Source: Chiloscyllium plagiosum
Lineage: Eukaryota
DNA length: 64,000 nucleotides
NCBI RefSeq assembly: GCF_004010195.1
Contig: NC_057718.1
Span: 18,437,689 to 18,501,688, forward strand
Direction: 5' to 3'
Shown here: positions 38,901 through 51,183 of the stretch, piece after piece
Position numbering within the stretch: position 1 is the stretch's first letter
Layout: the number at the start of each line of letters is the position of its first letter
Made by a program: the position numbers and the translations under genes
Notes under the pieces: model-generated
What the model was told of the DNA's origin: nothing
Database searches by the model: none
What the model saw: only the letters and a program-made list of their open reading frames with translations

Positions 38901-40880
38901 TCTGAAATAGAAAAGATTACACTTAAAAATGCCTGAAGTCAGTTGTATTGATAACAAAAAGTCTTTGCCTGGATCCCAAAACGTAGTGTAATGATTTGTT
39001 GGATTTGTCAACTGTCCAGCAAAACTCATGCTTAATTTGTTGTTGGAGTGTGAACCATTCTGCCAACTCACTCCCAAGGAAATGCACTGGTATTGGGCAT
39101 GGAACAGGAAGTAACATTTACTAAAGTCAAACATTTACAGTGATACTAATGATGAAGACACTCAGCAGCATGATGCCAATGTGCTAGGTCTTGCTGCAGT
39201 CCTATTGAAATGAGAACAACTGCTTGCATTTGCACCCACAGCATTAATGCAAATGATATAATGATACAATCAGATCAGGAAAGTATAGCTGGTCATTGTC
39301 TTTTCTTGTGAACATGCTTATTGATACCTTTTTGGTACTTTTTTTTAAACAATTCATGGAATAAGGGTGTCCCTGGAGCAGTCAGCATTTTTAACCATTT
39401 CTAATTACCCAGAGGACATTTAAGAGTCAACTATGTTGTTGTAGATCTGGAGTCACATATAGACTGGACCAGGTAAGGATTTCTTTCTCTAAAGGACATC
39501 AGTGAGCAAGATGGGATCTTCCAACAATTGACAATGGATTCCTGGTCATCATTAGACTCTTTATCCTAGATTTTTATTGAATTCAAGTTCCACCATCTGT
39601 TGTGTTTTGTGATTTATAAATCAGGATATCAAGTTCCCTCTGCATCGACTTCTGATTTCTCTCAGGTTCCTACAATCCTGATTGCAGCTAATGGTAATAT
39701 TGGACAAGTCAGATTCCAGAGCAAAGCCCAGCTTGACAGATCATAAGTTTAATTTTTGCAATTTGATTACTGTGGTGCTCAATCACTGAATCACTGAGTC
39801 ACACGAGGCTGTCAATGTACTTTTAACAAAAGCACAGAGGTTTACTAGATAAAAAGAGAAAAAAAATGAAGTACATGGAATGACATGTTTGAACAATCTT
39901 ATCATAAACAGAAAAAAAAACTACCCTTTTTACCAGCAATATTTTTTGTGGACATTCAACCATAGAAAAGTGACATTCCCATCTTTGTTTTAAAATTTCT
40001 AATGCAACTGACAAAGTAGTAAACAATTCCATTCAGTGACTTTCTACATAAATCACTAGAAGTGACTTTGTCTCTCCCCAAGGCATAAGGACACAGACTA
40101 ATTCACTGAACTGCTGCTAAAAAAACTTAAGAATTATTTTCGGCTCCTATGACGTGACAATCTCCACAAATTGAAAAGTAAAATTGCCCTTTAGCTGGAA
40201 TAGATATTTTCTTCTGAACTCAACTTGCTTGTGATTCACAGATATCTATATTTTTTCTGTAAAAGTTTGTAAAAAATTCTACTTAGTTTCTGCGGTGTTC
40301 ACTATCTCATCAAATAGATTGCTAGTCATTTAAGTTAGGTCACATGCTTTCTTGAAAAGGCTGTTTTGAATTCCCTGTTACGGTCAAAGGAATCAAAAAG
40401 ACATTGAGAAAATACAGCAAAGATATACATAAAGTAAACCTTAAGTAGATAAATTACCTACTGAAAGAATGGAACATAGTCCAGTACAGAGTCTCGTCAT
40501 CAAAACTATTGTTCCATTAACAGTAAAACAACTCAAGTCAGAATTATTATCAATTGGAAGGTAAAATGACAGAAGGTTAAGTTTCATTTTGACCAAACCG
40601 TTAAACTAACCAGAACTGAACATTGGACAACCAGTCAGGGTACAAACCTTCAACATTCTCAACAAGAGTCAGCTCAAGTAGTGATTTGTGACCTGTACAG
40701 AGCAGTTGTTAACTCGATCATACATGGTGCAAGTGAGTGACCAGAAATACCATAAAAACTGCATGCACATAGACAGAGTTGGAGAAACTGTTTCTTCAGT
40801 AAGGACAGCCAGACAGGATGATGTGAACACAGCAGCTGATCAGAAAACTTTCCTGCTCTTCTTTTATAATCATCTGAAAG
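35990..40880 (+). mobile_element. Fragmented Gypsy LTR retrotransposon (gag, RT, RNase H, integrase relics)
   Basis: gag ILKAFKACFETQVNVTYE..AESCEFAQLKDDL (~36180-36350); RT MPTI..GYWQVKL..TFGKYRWLYM..GVEAIADD (38556-38810); RNase H DANVLGLAAVLL..LAFA..QI (39170-39335); integrase tail PTERMEHSPVQ..RSYMVQV..YHKN (40455-40780); many nested insertions. Confidence 0.85.
37060..37719 (+). mobile_element. LTR-like segment nested in the Gypsy relic
   Basis: T-rich U5-like end finishing 'gctgggaatcataata', similar to the end at 62800-62815 and to the window end. Confidence 0.45.
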
Positions 40881-40949
40881 GGCAGGCGGGACCTCAGTTT
40901 AATATCTAATACAGAAATATGGCAACCAAAATACAATGAACAACAAGGA

Positions 40950-41297
40950 CGGGCAGCACAGTTGCTCAGTGGTTAGCACAGCTGCCTCACAGTGCCAGGG
41001 ATCCAGGTTTGATTCCAGCCTCGGGCAACTCTCTGTGTGGAGTTTGCACATTCTCCTCGTGTCTCCTGGGTTTCCTCTGGCTGCTGTGGTTTCCACCCAT
41101 GATCCAAAGATGTGCAGGTTAGGTGAATTGGCCATGCTCAATTGCCCACAGTGTTCAGCGATGTGTAGGTTAGGAGCATTAGTCAGGGATAAATGAAGAG
41201 TAATAGGGTAGGGGAATGGGTCTGGGTGGATTACTCTTTGGAGGGTTGGTGTGGACTTGTTAGGCTGAATGGTCTGTTTTCACACTGTAGGGATTCA
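40950..41297 (+). mobile_element. HE1-type V-SINE
   Basis: Full-length head, core and tail. Confidence 0.92.
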
Positions 41298-41299
41298 AC

Positions 41300-42378
41300 G
41301 TTTTTGACTCTGTGTATCTAGATTTCCAAAAGACATTCACCAAGGTGCTGCACAAAAGGCTGCTGCATAAAATAAAGATGCAAGGCATTATGGGCAATGT
41401 ATTAGTATGGATAGGGGATTGGTTAATCAACAGGAAGCAAAGAGTGGGGATAAATGAGTGTTAGTCTGGTTGGCAATCTGTGATAAGTGGTGTGCCTCAG
41501 GGATCAGTGTTGGGACTGCAATTATTCACAATTTATATCGATGATTTGGAATTGGGGACCATATGTACTGTGTCAAAGTTTGCAGATGACACTAAGATGA
41601 TCAGTAGAGCAAAGCGTCCAGAGGACTGAGAAACTTTGCAGAGGAACATAGATACTTTAAGTGAGTGAGCAAAGGTCTGGTAGATGGAATACAATATGAA
41701 GTCATCCATTGCAGTAGGAATAACAGTGAAAAGGACTGTTACTTGAATGGTAAGAAATTGCAGCATGCTGCTGTGCAGAGGGACCTGGGTGTCCTTGTGC
41801 ATGAATCACAGAAGGTTGGTTTGCAGGTACAGCTGGTAATTAAGAAGGCAAATGGAGTGTTGTCCTTCATTGTTAAAGAGATTGAATTTAAGAGCAGGGA
41901 GGCTGCTGGTGGCACCACACCTGGAGTACTGTGTGCAGGTTTGGTCTCCTTACTTGAGAAAGGATGTATTGGCACTAGAAGGAGCACAGAGGAGGTTCAC
42001 AAGGTTCATTCCAGAGTTGAGGAGGTTGGTTTATGAGAAGAGACAGAGTAGACTGGGATTATAATCATTGAAATTTAGAAGATTGAAGGGGGATTTTATA
42101 GAAACATATATAATTATGAAGTGAGTAGATAAAATAGAAGTAGAGAGGATGCTTCCACTGGCAGGTGAAACTAGGACAAGAGGGGGAGCAGATTTAGATT
42201 TGAAGTGAGGCTTCCTCAGTAAATAATTTTAAAACTAAAATAGATACGGTTTTGAACAGTAAAGGAATTACTGGTGAGGGGGATGAGGCAATGAAAAGAT
42301 CAGCCATGATCATATTCAATGGTGGGACGGGCTCGAAGGGCCAGACGGCTTACTCCTGCTCCTAGTTCTTATGTTCCA
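41300..42378 (+). mobile_element. CR1 LINE, RT to 3' end, degenerate
   Basis: YLDFQK..SGVPQGSVLG..FTIYIDDL..KFADDTK..PHLEYCVQVWSPYLRKDVLALEGAQRRFTR; 3'UTR 'actcctgctcctagttcttatgttc'. Confidence 0.95.
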
Positions 42379-42526
42379 ATGAAGCAATGCAGCACTCCCT
42401 CAAAATTGTGTTGAAATATTGACAGATTTTCAATATTTTTTTCAAAGGATGTGGATGCTGCTGGCTAGAGAATTATTCTTGTCCATTCCAAATTAGCTCC
42501 GGAAATGTGGTGGCGAACTACCTCCT

Positions 42527-42835
42527 TAGATTAGAATACCCACAGTGTGGAAACAGGCCATTCGGCCCAATAAGTCCATACCAACTCTCTAAAGAACATC
42601 CCACCCAGACTCACGCCCTACCCTATCTCTGTAACCCTGCATTTCCCATGGATAATCCACCTGACCTACACATCTTTGAACTGAGGGAGGAAACCAGAGC
42701 ACTCAGAGAAAGCCCATGTAGACAGAGGGAGACTGTGCAAACTCCACACAGACAGTCACTCAAGGCTGGGATTGGAACCCAAGTCCCTGGCATTATAATG
42801 CAGCAGTGCTAACCACTGAACAACCGTGCCACCCC
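42527..42835 (-). mobile_element. HE1-type V-SINE
   Basis: Reverse HE1 nested in a CR1-tail repeat. Confidence 0.9.
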
Positions 42836-43120
42836 TTGAACTGCTGAAATGTATGTGGCACACATAGGTCTGTTAGACAGGGAGAACTGACAACAGTGAA
42901 TGCATGGAGATACAGTCACAAGTCAGGATGTGAAGGGGATGGTGCTCCTTGAATCTGCTGCCCACCTTCTGGATGTTAAAGCTCATAGGTTTGGACAGTC
43001 CTGTTAAAGGAGACTTAATAACTTGCTGGAGTGCATTTTGCAAATGGTATATATAGCTGCCATTGTGCATTGGGTGGGGGAGGGACTGAACATTTAAGGT
43101 GGTGGATGGAATGCCAATGG

Positions 43121-43930
43121 TTCCCTCATCAAAATATCCATCTGACTCATTCTTCACTGCTATCATTCATTCCCAGATTCTATTCCACGTATAGATTACT
43201 CTTTCTATGAAAAGTTTTGTCCTCATGTCAGTCTAACATTCACACATAACCACTTTAAACTGTACCCTCTTATCTCACTATCAGCTAATGTTTCAGATTT
43301 AGATTTTGCTGCAGCTTTTGACAGCTCAATAGATAGTGGGAGGCAGTGACCATTAGATGTACTGGCTTCACATTGACATCCATACTTTTAGGAATTTGTC
43401 AAGGTTCCAGGGTTTATTGACATAGTTGAAATAACATTTGGCTCTGTGTACATAGCCTCGCAGAATAGTTCTTCCTATTTTGACAACTGGATTCAGAGCA
43501 GTTGACAAAGAAACCAAAATTTGTGTCCTCAGAAAAGATGAGAACGAAAGAGTTGTGATGCTGGTTTTCTGAAGAACTTTGTAGAGGTTAGGAAACAGGT
43601 TTAGAGTCCATCGGTGAGGAAGATGAGAAAGTTTTGATCACTCGCTTCCCAAGATCATCACCTGTTTTACCTGCAGCAGGATACGCCTTGTGAGTTATTT
43701 CTGTTATGTGTTAAGTTTAGAGTGAGACTATTAAAAAGATGCAAGGAATCCATTCCAAAACACCAATCCCTAAACTTGAGGGACAAATGTTGACTGTCTA
43801 CTTTGTAGCTGTTTGCTTCCAAGCCACAAGGTTGGAGGTTCAAATTTCATGGAGGAACACGAGCACAGTATCTAGATGTACGCTTTGGGGCAGGACTGAG
43901 GGAGTGCTGCCATATTGTGCCAGCGTCTGA
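43121..43930. repeat. Local direct duplication, copy 1 (paralog at 48819-49620)
   Basis: Colinear match at ~5.7 kb offset, e.g. 'ttttgacagctcaatagatagtgggaggcagtg' is exact in both copies. Confidence 0.92.
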
Positions 43931-44379
43931 GGAGTTGCAAATGGTGCTGAGCATTGCACAATCATCAATGGACATTCCCACTTCTAACTTCATTTATGGA
44001 AGGAAGCACATTGATGAAACAGCTGACAATGGCCAAGGCTCACCTAGTATGTAATGTGTGGAATCTTATAAGGGCCTGAAAAAGACAGGCTAAGGTGAAA
44101 TCCAAGGCAGAATCACATCAAAAGTCACTCAAGGCCTCCTGCAATGTCATGAGTAACCTGCAATGTTGTTTGTGCATTTATAACGCAGCAAGGTGCGTTT
44201 CTCATTAGGAATTGGTAAGTTGCCAATTAATGGGAATTATAGCATGTTAAACACTGAAAAGCCTGAGGAGCTGAATGTCGGGTAACCCAACACCCATCTT
44301 GACACTTTCTGCCCTATTTGGGGTGTTTTCCTCCTGGAATGAGAGGGCAAAGTAGATAATAAGAGAATTGAAAGTGGGT

Positions 44380-44925
44380 GGCACAGTTGTTACTTTTGGT
44401 GTGGGTGGGGCATCTCTCATTGATTGAAGATGGTGTCAACACAACATCAGCAGCCAATGAGGCCGTGAGCAGAATAGCGGCAGCCTCCTGGTTGTTGGTG
44501 GTGGACGTGGCTTTGGTGGCAATTGGAGACAGCGACAGCAGCAAGGTCATGCTCCCAGTGTCTGTGGCCGGTGACGACAGCAGTGGCAGCGAAAACGTGG
44601 CTCCTCCCGGTGATTGATGTGAGACCCAGATGCTGACTGAGACTCCAGGCCTGGGACTAACCCTAGGCCTTGGCTAGGCCCGGGTGTCTGCATGAAGAGT
44701 TCCAAACACCTCTATGGAGATAAAACTTAAACTTCATTTGACTTTAAGATCAGGACATTTTTCTTACCATTTGACTTCCTTATATTTTTGCTGTTGTTTT
44801 GTTTTAAAATTCTAGTTTTGTAACAAGATGGTGCCTGAGACTGGTGACTTTATACACTTTTCATTGTACTCATGTATTCCTATACTTGAGTACATGTGTC
44901 AATAAAATCTAATTCTTATTCTAAT
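44380..44925 (+). mobile_element. GC-rich unclassified repeat
   Basis: Tail 'ggtgactttatacacttttcattgtactc..gagtacatgtgtcaataaaatctaattc' shared with 15750-16160. Confidence 0.55.
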
Positions 44926-45830
44926 AAACAGAAGTGTTCTAAACAGGAAAAGCACACAATGTTTTATCACCCTTACGATTTCTCTTTCTAGTTACTGGCA
45001 GTGATTAATTCCAGAAGGCTGCAGGGCAATCCCAAATGTTCTGGCAACTCAACACCCAAGTGAAGTTCTGTGCAATCTATATTCTGCTGGCATGTTCCCA
45101 TTGCAAACCCACATCTGTATTTAAACGAAAATGCAAAAGGCAACCATCTACAAAACGGTTATTTTGTTTCATCCTAAACTGAGAGAAAGCTGAGACTGAA
45201 ACAGGATTGTAGACAGAGGTAGTGACACAAAACAAACAAATTACAGGATTCAAGTTGCACATCAAATGTACACCATACTGGCTTCGATCCATAAAAACTA
45301 CCCTGCCACTTAATAGTTACCCTGATTTATATAAAAATTCAACAAGGTTCTTTCAACAGCATCTTCCAAAGCCACAACCACTACCATCGAGAAGGATGAG
45401 AGCATCAGACACTTGGGAACACCTCCAAGTTCATTTCCAACTTGGAAACTTTGGAAATCTTCTGTGTTGCTGGTTCAAACTCCTGGAACTCCCTCTCTAA
45501 CAGCATTGTGGAGTTGAAGAAACCAGCTCATTGGCACCTACAGAAATGCAGTTAAGAATTGGCAATAAAGTGCCAGCAGCGCCCACATACTCTGAATGAA
45601 TTAAAATAAGGTTACTTTCATATTGTTGCCAGTTGGTCCCATTAGATAAATTACTTCTAGACATAATCTTGTGGCTAACAGGTTCGGCAGTGAGTGAGAA
45701 AGCAAAACACACACAGTCCAAGGAATTTCTGTGAATAGTGGAAATGTGAGGTGAGAAAGAAACCACACAGCAAGCTTGGCTGCAGCTTAGAGACAGATAG
45801 GTTGTTGTTATTTTGCCTGTGATCGTTTTT

Positions 45831-46094
45831 ATAGAAATGCACTGGGGGGTAAAGTTGTTCTTCTAGAACTGTACTGGGGGGTAAAGTTGTTTTTCTAGAA
45901 CTGCACTGGGGGGTAAAACTGTTATTTCTAGAACTGTACTGGGGATAAAGCTGATTGTTCTAGAACTGTACTGGGGGTAAAGCTGATTTTTCTAGAACAG
46001 CACTGGAGGGGTAAAGCTGTTTTTTCTAGAACTGTACGGGAGGGCGGGGTAAAGCTATTTTCTCTAGAACTGTACTGGGGGTAAAGCTGTTTCC
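45831..46094. repeat. Minisatellite, 8 units of ~32 bp
   Basis: Consensus approximately CTAGAACTGTACTGGGGGGTAAAGCTGTTTTTT in direct tandem, no spacers. Confidence 0.95.
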
Positions 46095-46852
46095 CTAAAC
46101 CCAGTTTCTCCTGAGGTTTTGTGCTGTGGTGGTGCACGGTTTAGACTTTCATAAGGAGCGAACATGAGATTGGACATTACAGAACATAGGTTTCTGTGTT
46201 GATGCACCATTCATTAAAATGTTAAGCTGAACAATGTCACTTGATTGACAAGGGGAGGCAACATTTATTTAAGCAACGATTTATTAGGACATGGAATGCA
46301 TTGCCTGAAAAGGGTGGAGGCAGAAGCAGATTCAACGTTCACAGGGAACTGGATATATACTTGAAAACTTGCAGCCCTGGGAGGTGGGAGGGGAGAGAGC
46401 AGGGAAATTTTATTAAGTGAGCCAGAACGGTCATAATGGGCCAACTGCTCCCCTTCCCAGTTTGATGATTCTTGTGCCATTGTCATTGTCAGAAGTAACT
46501 AATTTCTCACCTCAGATTCCTGGTCTGTTTGCTAATATTAACCAACTCTGAAAGAAAGCTAAAATTCTTTCTGTTCAGAAGTGTCAACATTGGATGAGAT
46601 TATGAATCAAGCTTCACTCTCATGCTCTCAGTTTCAGTAGTCAGTAGCAATTTACTGTGCTTGGCCAACACATGAGGAATGCCACACAAGCATGTTCCTT
46701 GTGTGTCGCCCAAGACAGCAAATCAAGGACCCTTATTTAGATTAAGGTCACTCACTTGGCTTCAAGGCCATCTCCAGAACTTTGGGCTAAATGCACCAAG
46801 ATAGGCAGGAAAGAATGTTGTGATACATCATACAGAAATTGCAGACCAGTTT

Positions 46853-47048
46853 ATCATAGAATCCCCACAGTGTGGAAACTGGCCATTCTGCCCAACGGGT
46901 CCAAACTGACCCTCCGAACAGCATCCCACCCAGATCCACCCCACTATGCTATCCATGTAACCCTGCATTTCCCATGTTCTAACCCACCTAGCCTGCACAT
47001 CCCTGAACACTATGGGTAATTTAGCATGGCCAATCCACCTAACCCGCA
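46853..47048 (-). mobile_element. HE1 SINE 3' half
   Basis: Reverse tail and core up to 'ggccaatccacctaacc'. Confidence 0.85.
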
Positions 47049-47049
47049 C

Positions 47050-47893
47050 ATAGATTGGTTTAGATAGATTGAACAAATATGTACAATTTTACAGATGGAG
47101 TAAGATGTAGAAAAATGTAAAATTGTTAATTTGGACAAAAACAACAAAAAAATTGTAATACTTAAAGGGAGAACAACCGCAGAAATCTCAGGTACAGAGG
47201 GATTTAGTCGTTCTGAAATGTGAGTCACAAAAACTTAATATGCAAGTACAGCAAATAAAAAGACAAATAAGATGTTATCCTTTATTATGAGAGTAATTGA
47301 ACATAATAGAAAAGATGCTATGCTTCAGTTATACAAGGCATTGGTGAGATCACATTCTGAATACTCTGCAGTTTTGATCTCCCTGTTTAAGGAGGGATGT
47401 AAATGTATTGGGGCGGTTCAGAGGAGCTTTACTGGATTGATTCTTGAAATGAGTGGATTGCCTTATGAGGGTAGATTGGACAGACTGGGTTAGTTTCCAA
47501 TGGAGTTTAGATGAGTGAGGGTTACTTGATTTAAGCGTGTAAGAATATTCTTGAGAAAGCGGATATGCAAAGGATGTTCCCTCTTATGGGCCAGTCCAGA
47601 GCAATAGTTGTAAGATTAGGGGTTGCCCTCTCACATCGGTGGTGAGGAGAAATTTTATCTCTCAAAGTCATTCATGACACTGGAATTCTCTAACTCAGAA
47701 GGTGGCGGTTTAAAAATATATCTTTAAGAAAGAGGTCGATAGAGTCTTGCAAGACAGGGGAATCAAGAGTTATTGGGGACAGATGAGAATATGGAATTCA
47801 AAATGAAAGCAGATCAGCCATGATATTATTGGATGGCAGAGGAGCCTTGAGAGGTCAAATGGTTTACTTCTGTTTCTATTTCATCTGTTCATG
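47050..47893 (+). mobile_element. CR1 LINE 3' fragment, degenerate
   Basis: MLQLYKALVRSHSEY..VQRSFTGLILEMSGLPYEGRLDRLG. Confidence 0.9.
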
Positions 47894-48818
47894 TGACAAT
47901 CACAGAGCCAGGACTGCACTGAGCATTATGGAGAGAGCAGCAGCCTAGGCAGTTGGAACCTTGATTTGTTGATGATAGAAGTGTGAAGCCCCACTGGGAA
48001 TTTGCCACTGTGAGCTCATTCAGCAGAGAACAGGATTCAGCTAGGAATGATCAAACCTTGCAAACAGAATTTGGATGCTAACTACAAAACAAACACAATA
48101 GTTTTCAGTCGGTAGTTTGGGAATGAATCCAGGCTGGACTGAGTTCTGTCAATTTTGCCATTATTCCTGGTGCAAAAATGCTATTCGGTGACAAGCAGAT
48201 GCAATGCAATAAATGTATTGCCAACGGTGACTCATCTGTTGTTTATCTGCAGTACTGTTGGCTTTCACTGTCTTGAGTTAAACATGAGGAACATCCAGAG
48301 CGATGAATTGGCAGATGGTCTGCAGCATTATGGCACCAAATCTCTCCATCAGCTCATCTATTTGTGGTATTTATCATGTGTTACCCAAGCATAGAAACAG
48401 GTTGCTGTTTCGATTAGTCTCTGCACCACGTCCCCAGTGCATTACAATGGTTATGCTCTTGGGTTAGGAAAAACAAACTGACTCACCTTCTTAATTAAAC
48501 CCCTCTCATGGATGGTCGCAACAAGGGTAAGCTAAAAAGAATCTCTTCCCTTGTGGAAAGTTCTTCTGAATCTAAATGTTTTTAGGTTTAAAAGGAGCCA
48601 ATTTAACCAGCCACTGTGATCTCTGAATTGTTATTACTCTAGGCCTCTGGATTACTCACTTGATATCATAAACATTGCAGTACTCTTCCCACCATTCATT
48701 GTATAGTGTCAAATAATTGTGATTGTCACTGAACTCATCTATCAGATCAAAGATCCCAAGGAAGAAACAGAAATACATACAATCCAGTTCAACTCATGCA
48801 TTCAGAAAGAATTTACAA

Positions 48819-49620
48819 TTCCCCTATCAAAACATCCATCTGGCCCATTAATGATAAGGTTTTTGCTGTTACTGCTCTTTCCCAGATTCTATTCCAAGTA
48901 AAGATTACGCTTTCTATGAAAAAGTTTGTCCTCATGTCAGTCTAGCATTCACCCATAATCACTTTAAATTGTACCCTCTTATCTCACTATCAGTTAATGC
49001 TTCAGATTTAGATTTCGCTGCAGTTTTTGACAGCTCAATAGATAGTGGGAGGCAGTGGCCATTAGATGTACTGGCTTCACATTAACACTCGCACTATCGA
49101 GAATTTGTCAGGGTTCCAGGGTTTATTGATTTAGTTTAAATAACTTTTTGGCTTTTTGTATATAGCCTTGAACAATAGCTCTTCCTATTTTGACGTCTGG
49201 ATTCAGAGCATGGGCAAAGAAAATTTTGATTTCATAAAAAGTGACGACAGAAGAGTTGTGATGATAGTTTTCTGAGGAATCAGATAGAGATTGGTAATTG
49301 GGATTATAGCCTATCGGTGAGGAAGATGTGAAAGATTGGATCACTCAGTTTCAAAGATCACACATTGTTTTACTTGCAGTCTTGTCAGGCATTTCTGTTA
49401 GGTATAACTTCTAGAGGTAGAGACAGCATTAAAAGTTATATGGACTCCATACCAGGACCCAAATACATAGACCCGAGTGACAAATGCTTACTATCATCTT
49501 CATGGCTGCTTGCCTCTGAGGTGGAAGGTGAGTTCAAATTTTACAAAGGTACTTGTGAACATATCCAGGCTCACACTTTCTGGCAGTACTGAGGGAGTGC
49601 AACAATGTTAGAGGTGCTGG
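48819..49620. repeat. Local direct duplication, copy 2
   Basis: Colinear with 43121-43930, including the shared CR1 scrap and SINE head. Confidence 0.92.
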
Positions 49621-49865
49621 CTTTAGATTCCACAACGCTAGTTTGAAGAATAGCAGTGGATTTCTCATGATGTCCTGGCCATCCCTGAAACAATGTCACT
49701 GAAAAAGCAGAGTATGTAGTCATTAGTGCATTGGTGGTAGTGGGAGTTTATTCAATGGAAATGTTCTGCTGTGATTCCCACATAACAACAGCAACTAGAC
49801 TACTGCAGTTGGCCATAACCTACTCTTCAGTATTGTACGGTTGTTAAATGTGCTATATAAATTGA
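49500..49865 (+). mobile_element. Deu-domain SINE
   Basis: 'gcctctgag..gagttcaa..gcagtactgagggagtgc..gatgtcctggcc..gtgctatataaat'. Confidence 0.7.
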
Positions 49866-50014
49866 CAAGGGACCTCCCAATCTTACCCAATATTTGACTT
49901 ACCATCCAGAGACAATGGGACCTCTTTGAATGTGAAAGGGAAGATTGGCAGGATGTGATCAGTAGTGTCCTACAGAAATCTGTTTGGGGGCCTCAATTAT
50001 TCACAATATTCATC

Positions 50015-51183
50015 ATTGAGCCTGACCTCGGTGGTGGGCAAGTTGTTGGAGGGAATCCAGAGGGACAGGATGTACATATATTTGAAAAGGCAAGGATTGA
50101 TTAGGGATTGTCAACATGGTTTTGTGTGTGGGAAATCATGTCTCACAAACTTCATTAAGTTTTTTGAAGAAGTAACAAAGACGATTGATGAGGGCAGAGT
50201 GGTAGATGTGATCTATATTGACTTCAGAAAGGCGTTCGACAAGGTTCCCCATGGGAGACTGATTAGCAAGGTTAGATCTCACGGAATACAGGGAGAACTA
50301 GCCATTTGGATACAGAACTGGCTCAAAGGTAGAAGACAGAGGGTGGTGGTGGAGGGTTGTTTTTCAGACTGGAGGCCNNNNNNNNNNNNNNNNNNNNNNN
50401 NNNNNNNNNNNNNNNNNNNNNNNNNNNNNNNNNNNNNNNNNNNNNNNNNNNNNNNNNNNNNNNNNNNNNNNNNNNNNNNNNNNNNNNNNNNNNNNNNNNN
50501 NNNNNNNNNNNNNNNNNNNNNNNNNNNNNNNNNNNNNNNNNNNNNNNNNNNNNNNNNNNNNNNNNNNNNNNNNNNNNNNNNNNNNNNNNNNNNNNNNNNN
50601 NNNNNNNNNNNNNNNNNNNNNNNNNNNNNNNNNNNNNNNNNNNNNNNNNNNNNNNNNNNNNNNNNNNNNNNNNNNNNNNNNNNNNNNNNNNNNNNNNNNN
50701 NNNNNNNNNNNNNNNNNNNNNNNNNNNNNNNNNNNNNNNNNNNNNNNNNNNNNNNNNNNNNNNNNNNNNNNNNNNNNNNNNNNNNNNNNNNNNNNNNNNN
50801 NNNNNNNNNNNNNNNNNNNNNNNNNNNNNNNNNNNNNNNNNNNNNNNNNNNNNNNNNNNNNNNNNNNNNNNNNNNNNNNNNNNNNNNNNNNNNNNNTTAG
50901 GGTGAGAGGGGAAAGATATAAAAGAGACCTAAGGGGCAACTTTTTCACACAGAGGGTGATACGGGTATGGAATGAGCTGCCAGAGGAAGTGGTGGAGGCT
51001 GGTACAATTGCAACATTTAAGAGGCATTTGGATGGGTATATGAATAGGAAGGGTTTGGAGGGATATGGGCCGGGTGCTGGCAGGTGGGACTAGATTGGGT
51101 TGGGATATCTGGTCGGTATGGACAGGTTGGACCAAAGGGTCTGTTTCCATGCTGTACATCTCTATGACTCTATGGCTCTATGA
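50015..51183 (+). mobile_element. Young CR1/HER1 LINE spanning an assembly gap
   Basis: SLTSVVGKLLE..QHGFVCGKSCLTN..DVIYIDFRKAFDKVPH..WIQNWL before the gap; NFFTQRVIRVWNELP and a (CTCTATGA)-type tail after it. Confidence 0.95.
50378..50896. other. Assembly gap (519 N)
   Basis: Run of N. Confidence 1.

Noticed and set aside
43340..43530. Immunoglobulin V-like pseudogene on the + strand (EAVTIRCTGF..ILTTGFRAVDKETKIC)
   Set aside because: Needs several frameshifts, lacks the conserved Trp and YYC, has short Cys spacing and no RSS, and the second Cys motif is not kept in the paralog
44378..44617. 79-aa ORF resembling a signal-peptide or membrane protein
   Set aside because: Lies in the GC-rich body of a repeat with other copies in the window, and starts at GTG
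45831..46094. CRISPR-like array (repeat length ~32 bp)
   Set aside because: Units are directly adjacent with no unique spacers, no cas genes are present and the context is eukaryotic
49965..50948. Long ORFs of 182-311 aa
   Set aside because: Length is inflated by the N gap; the real part is CR1 RT
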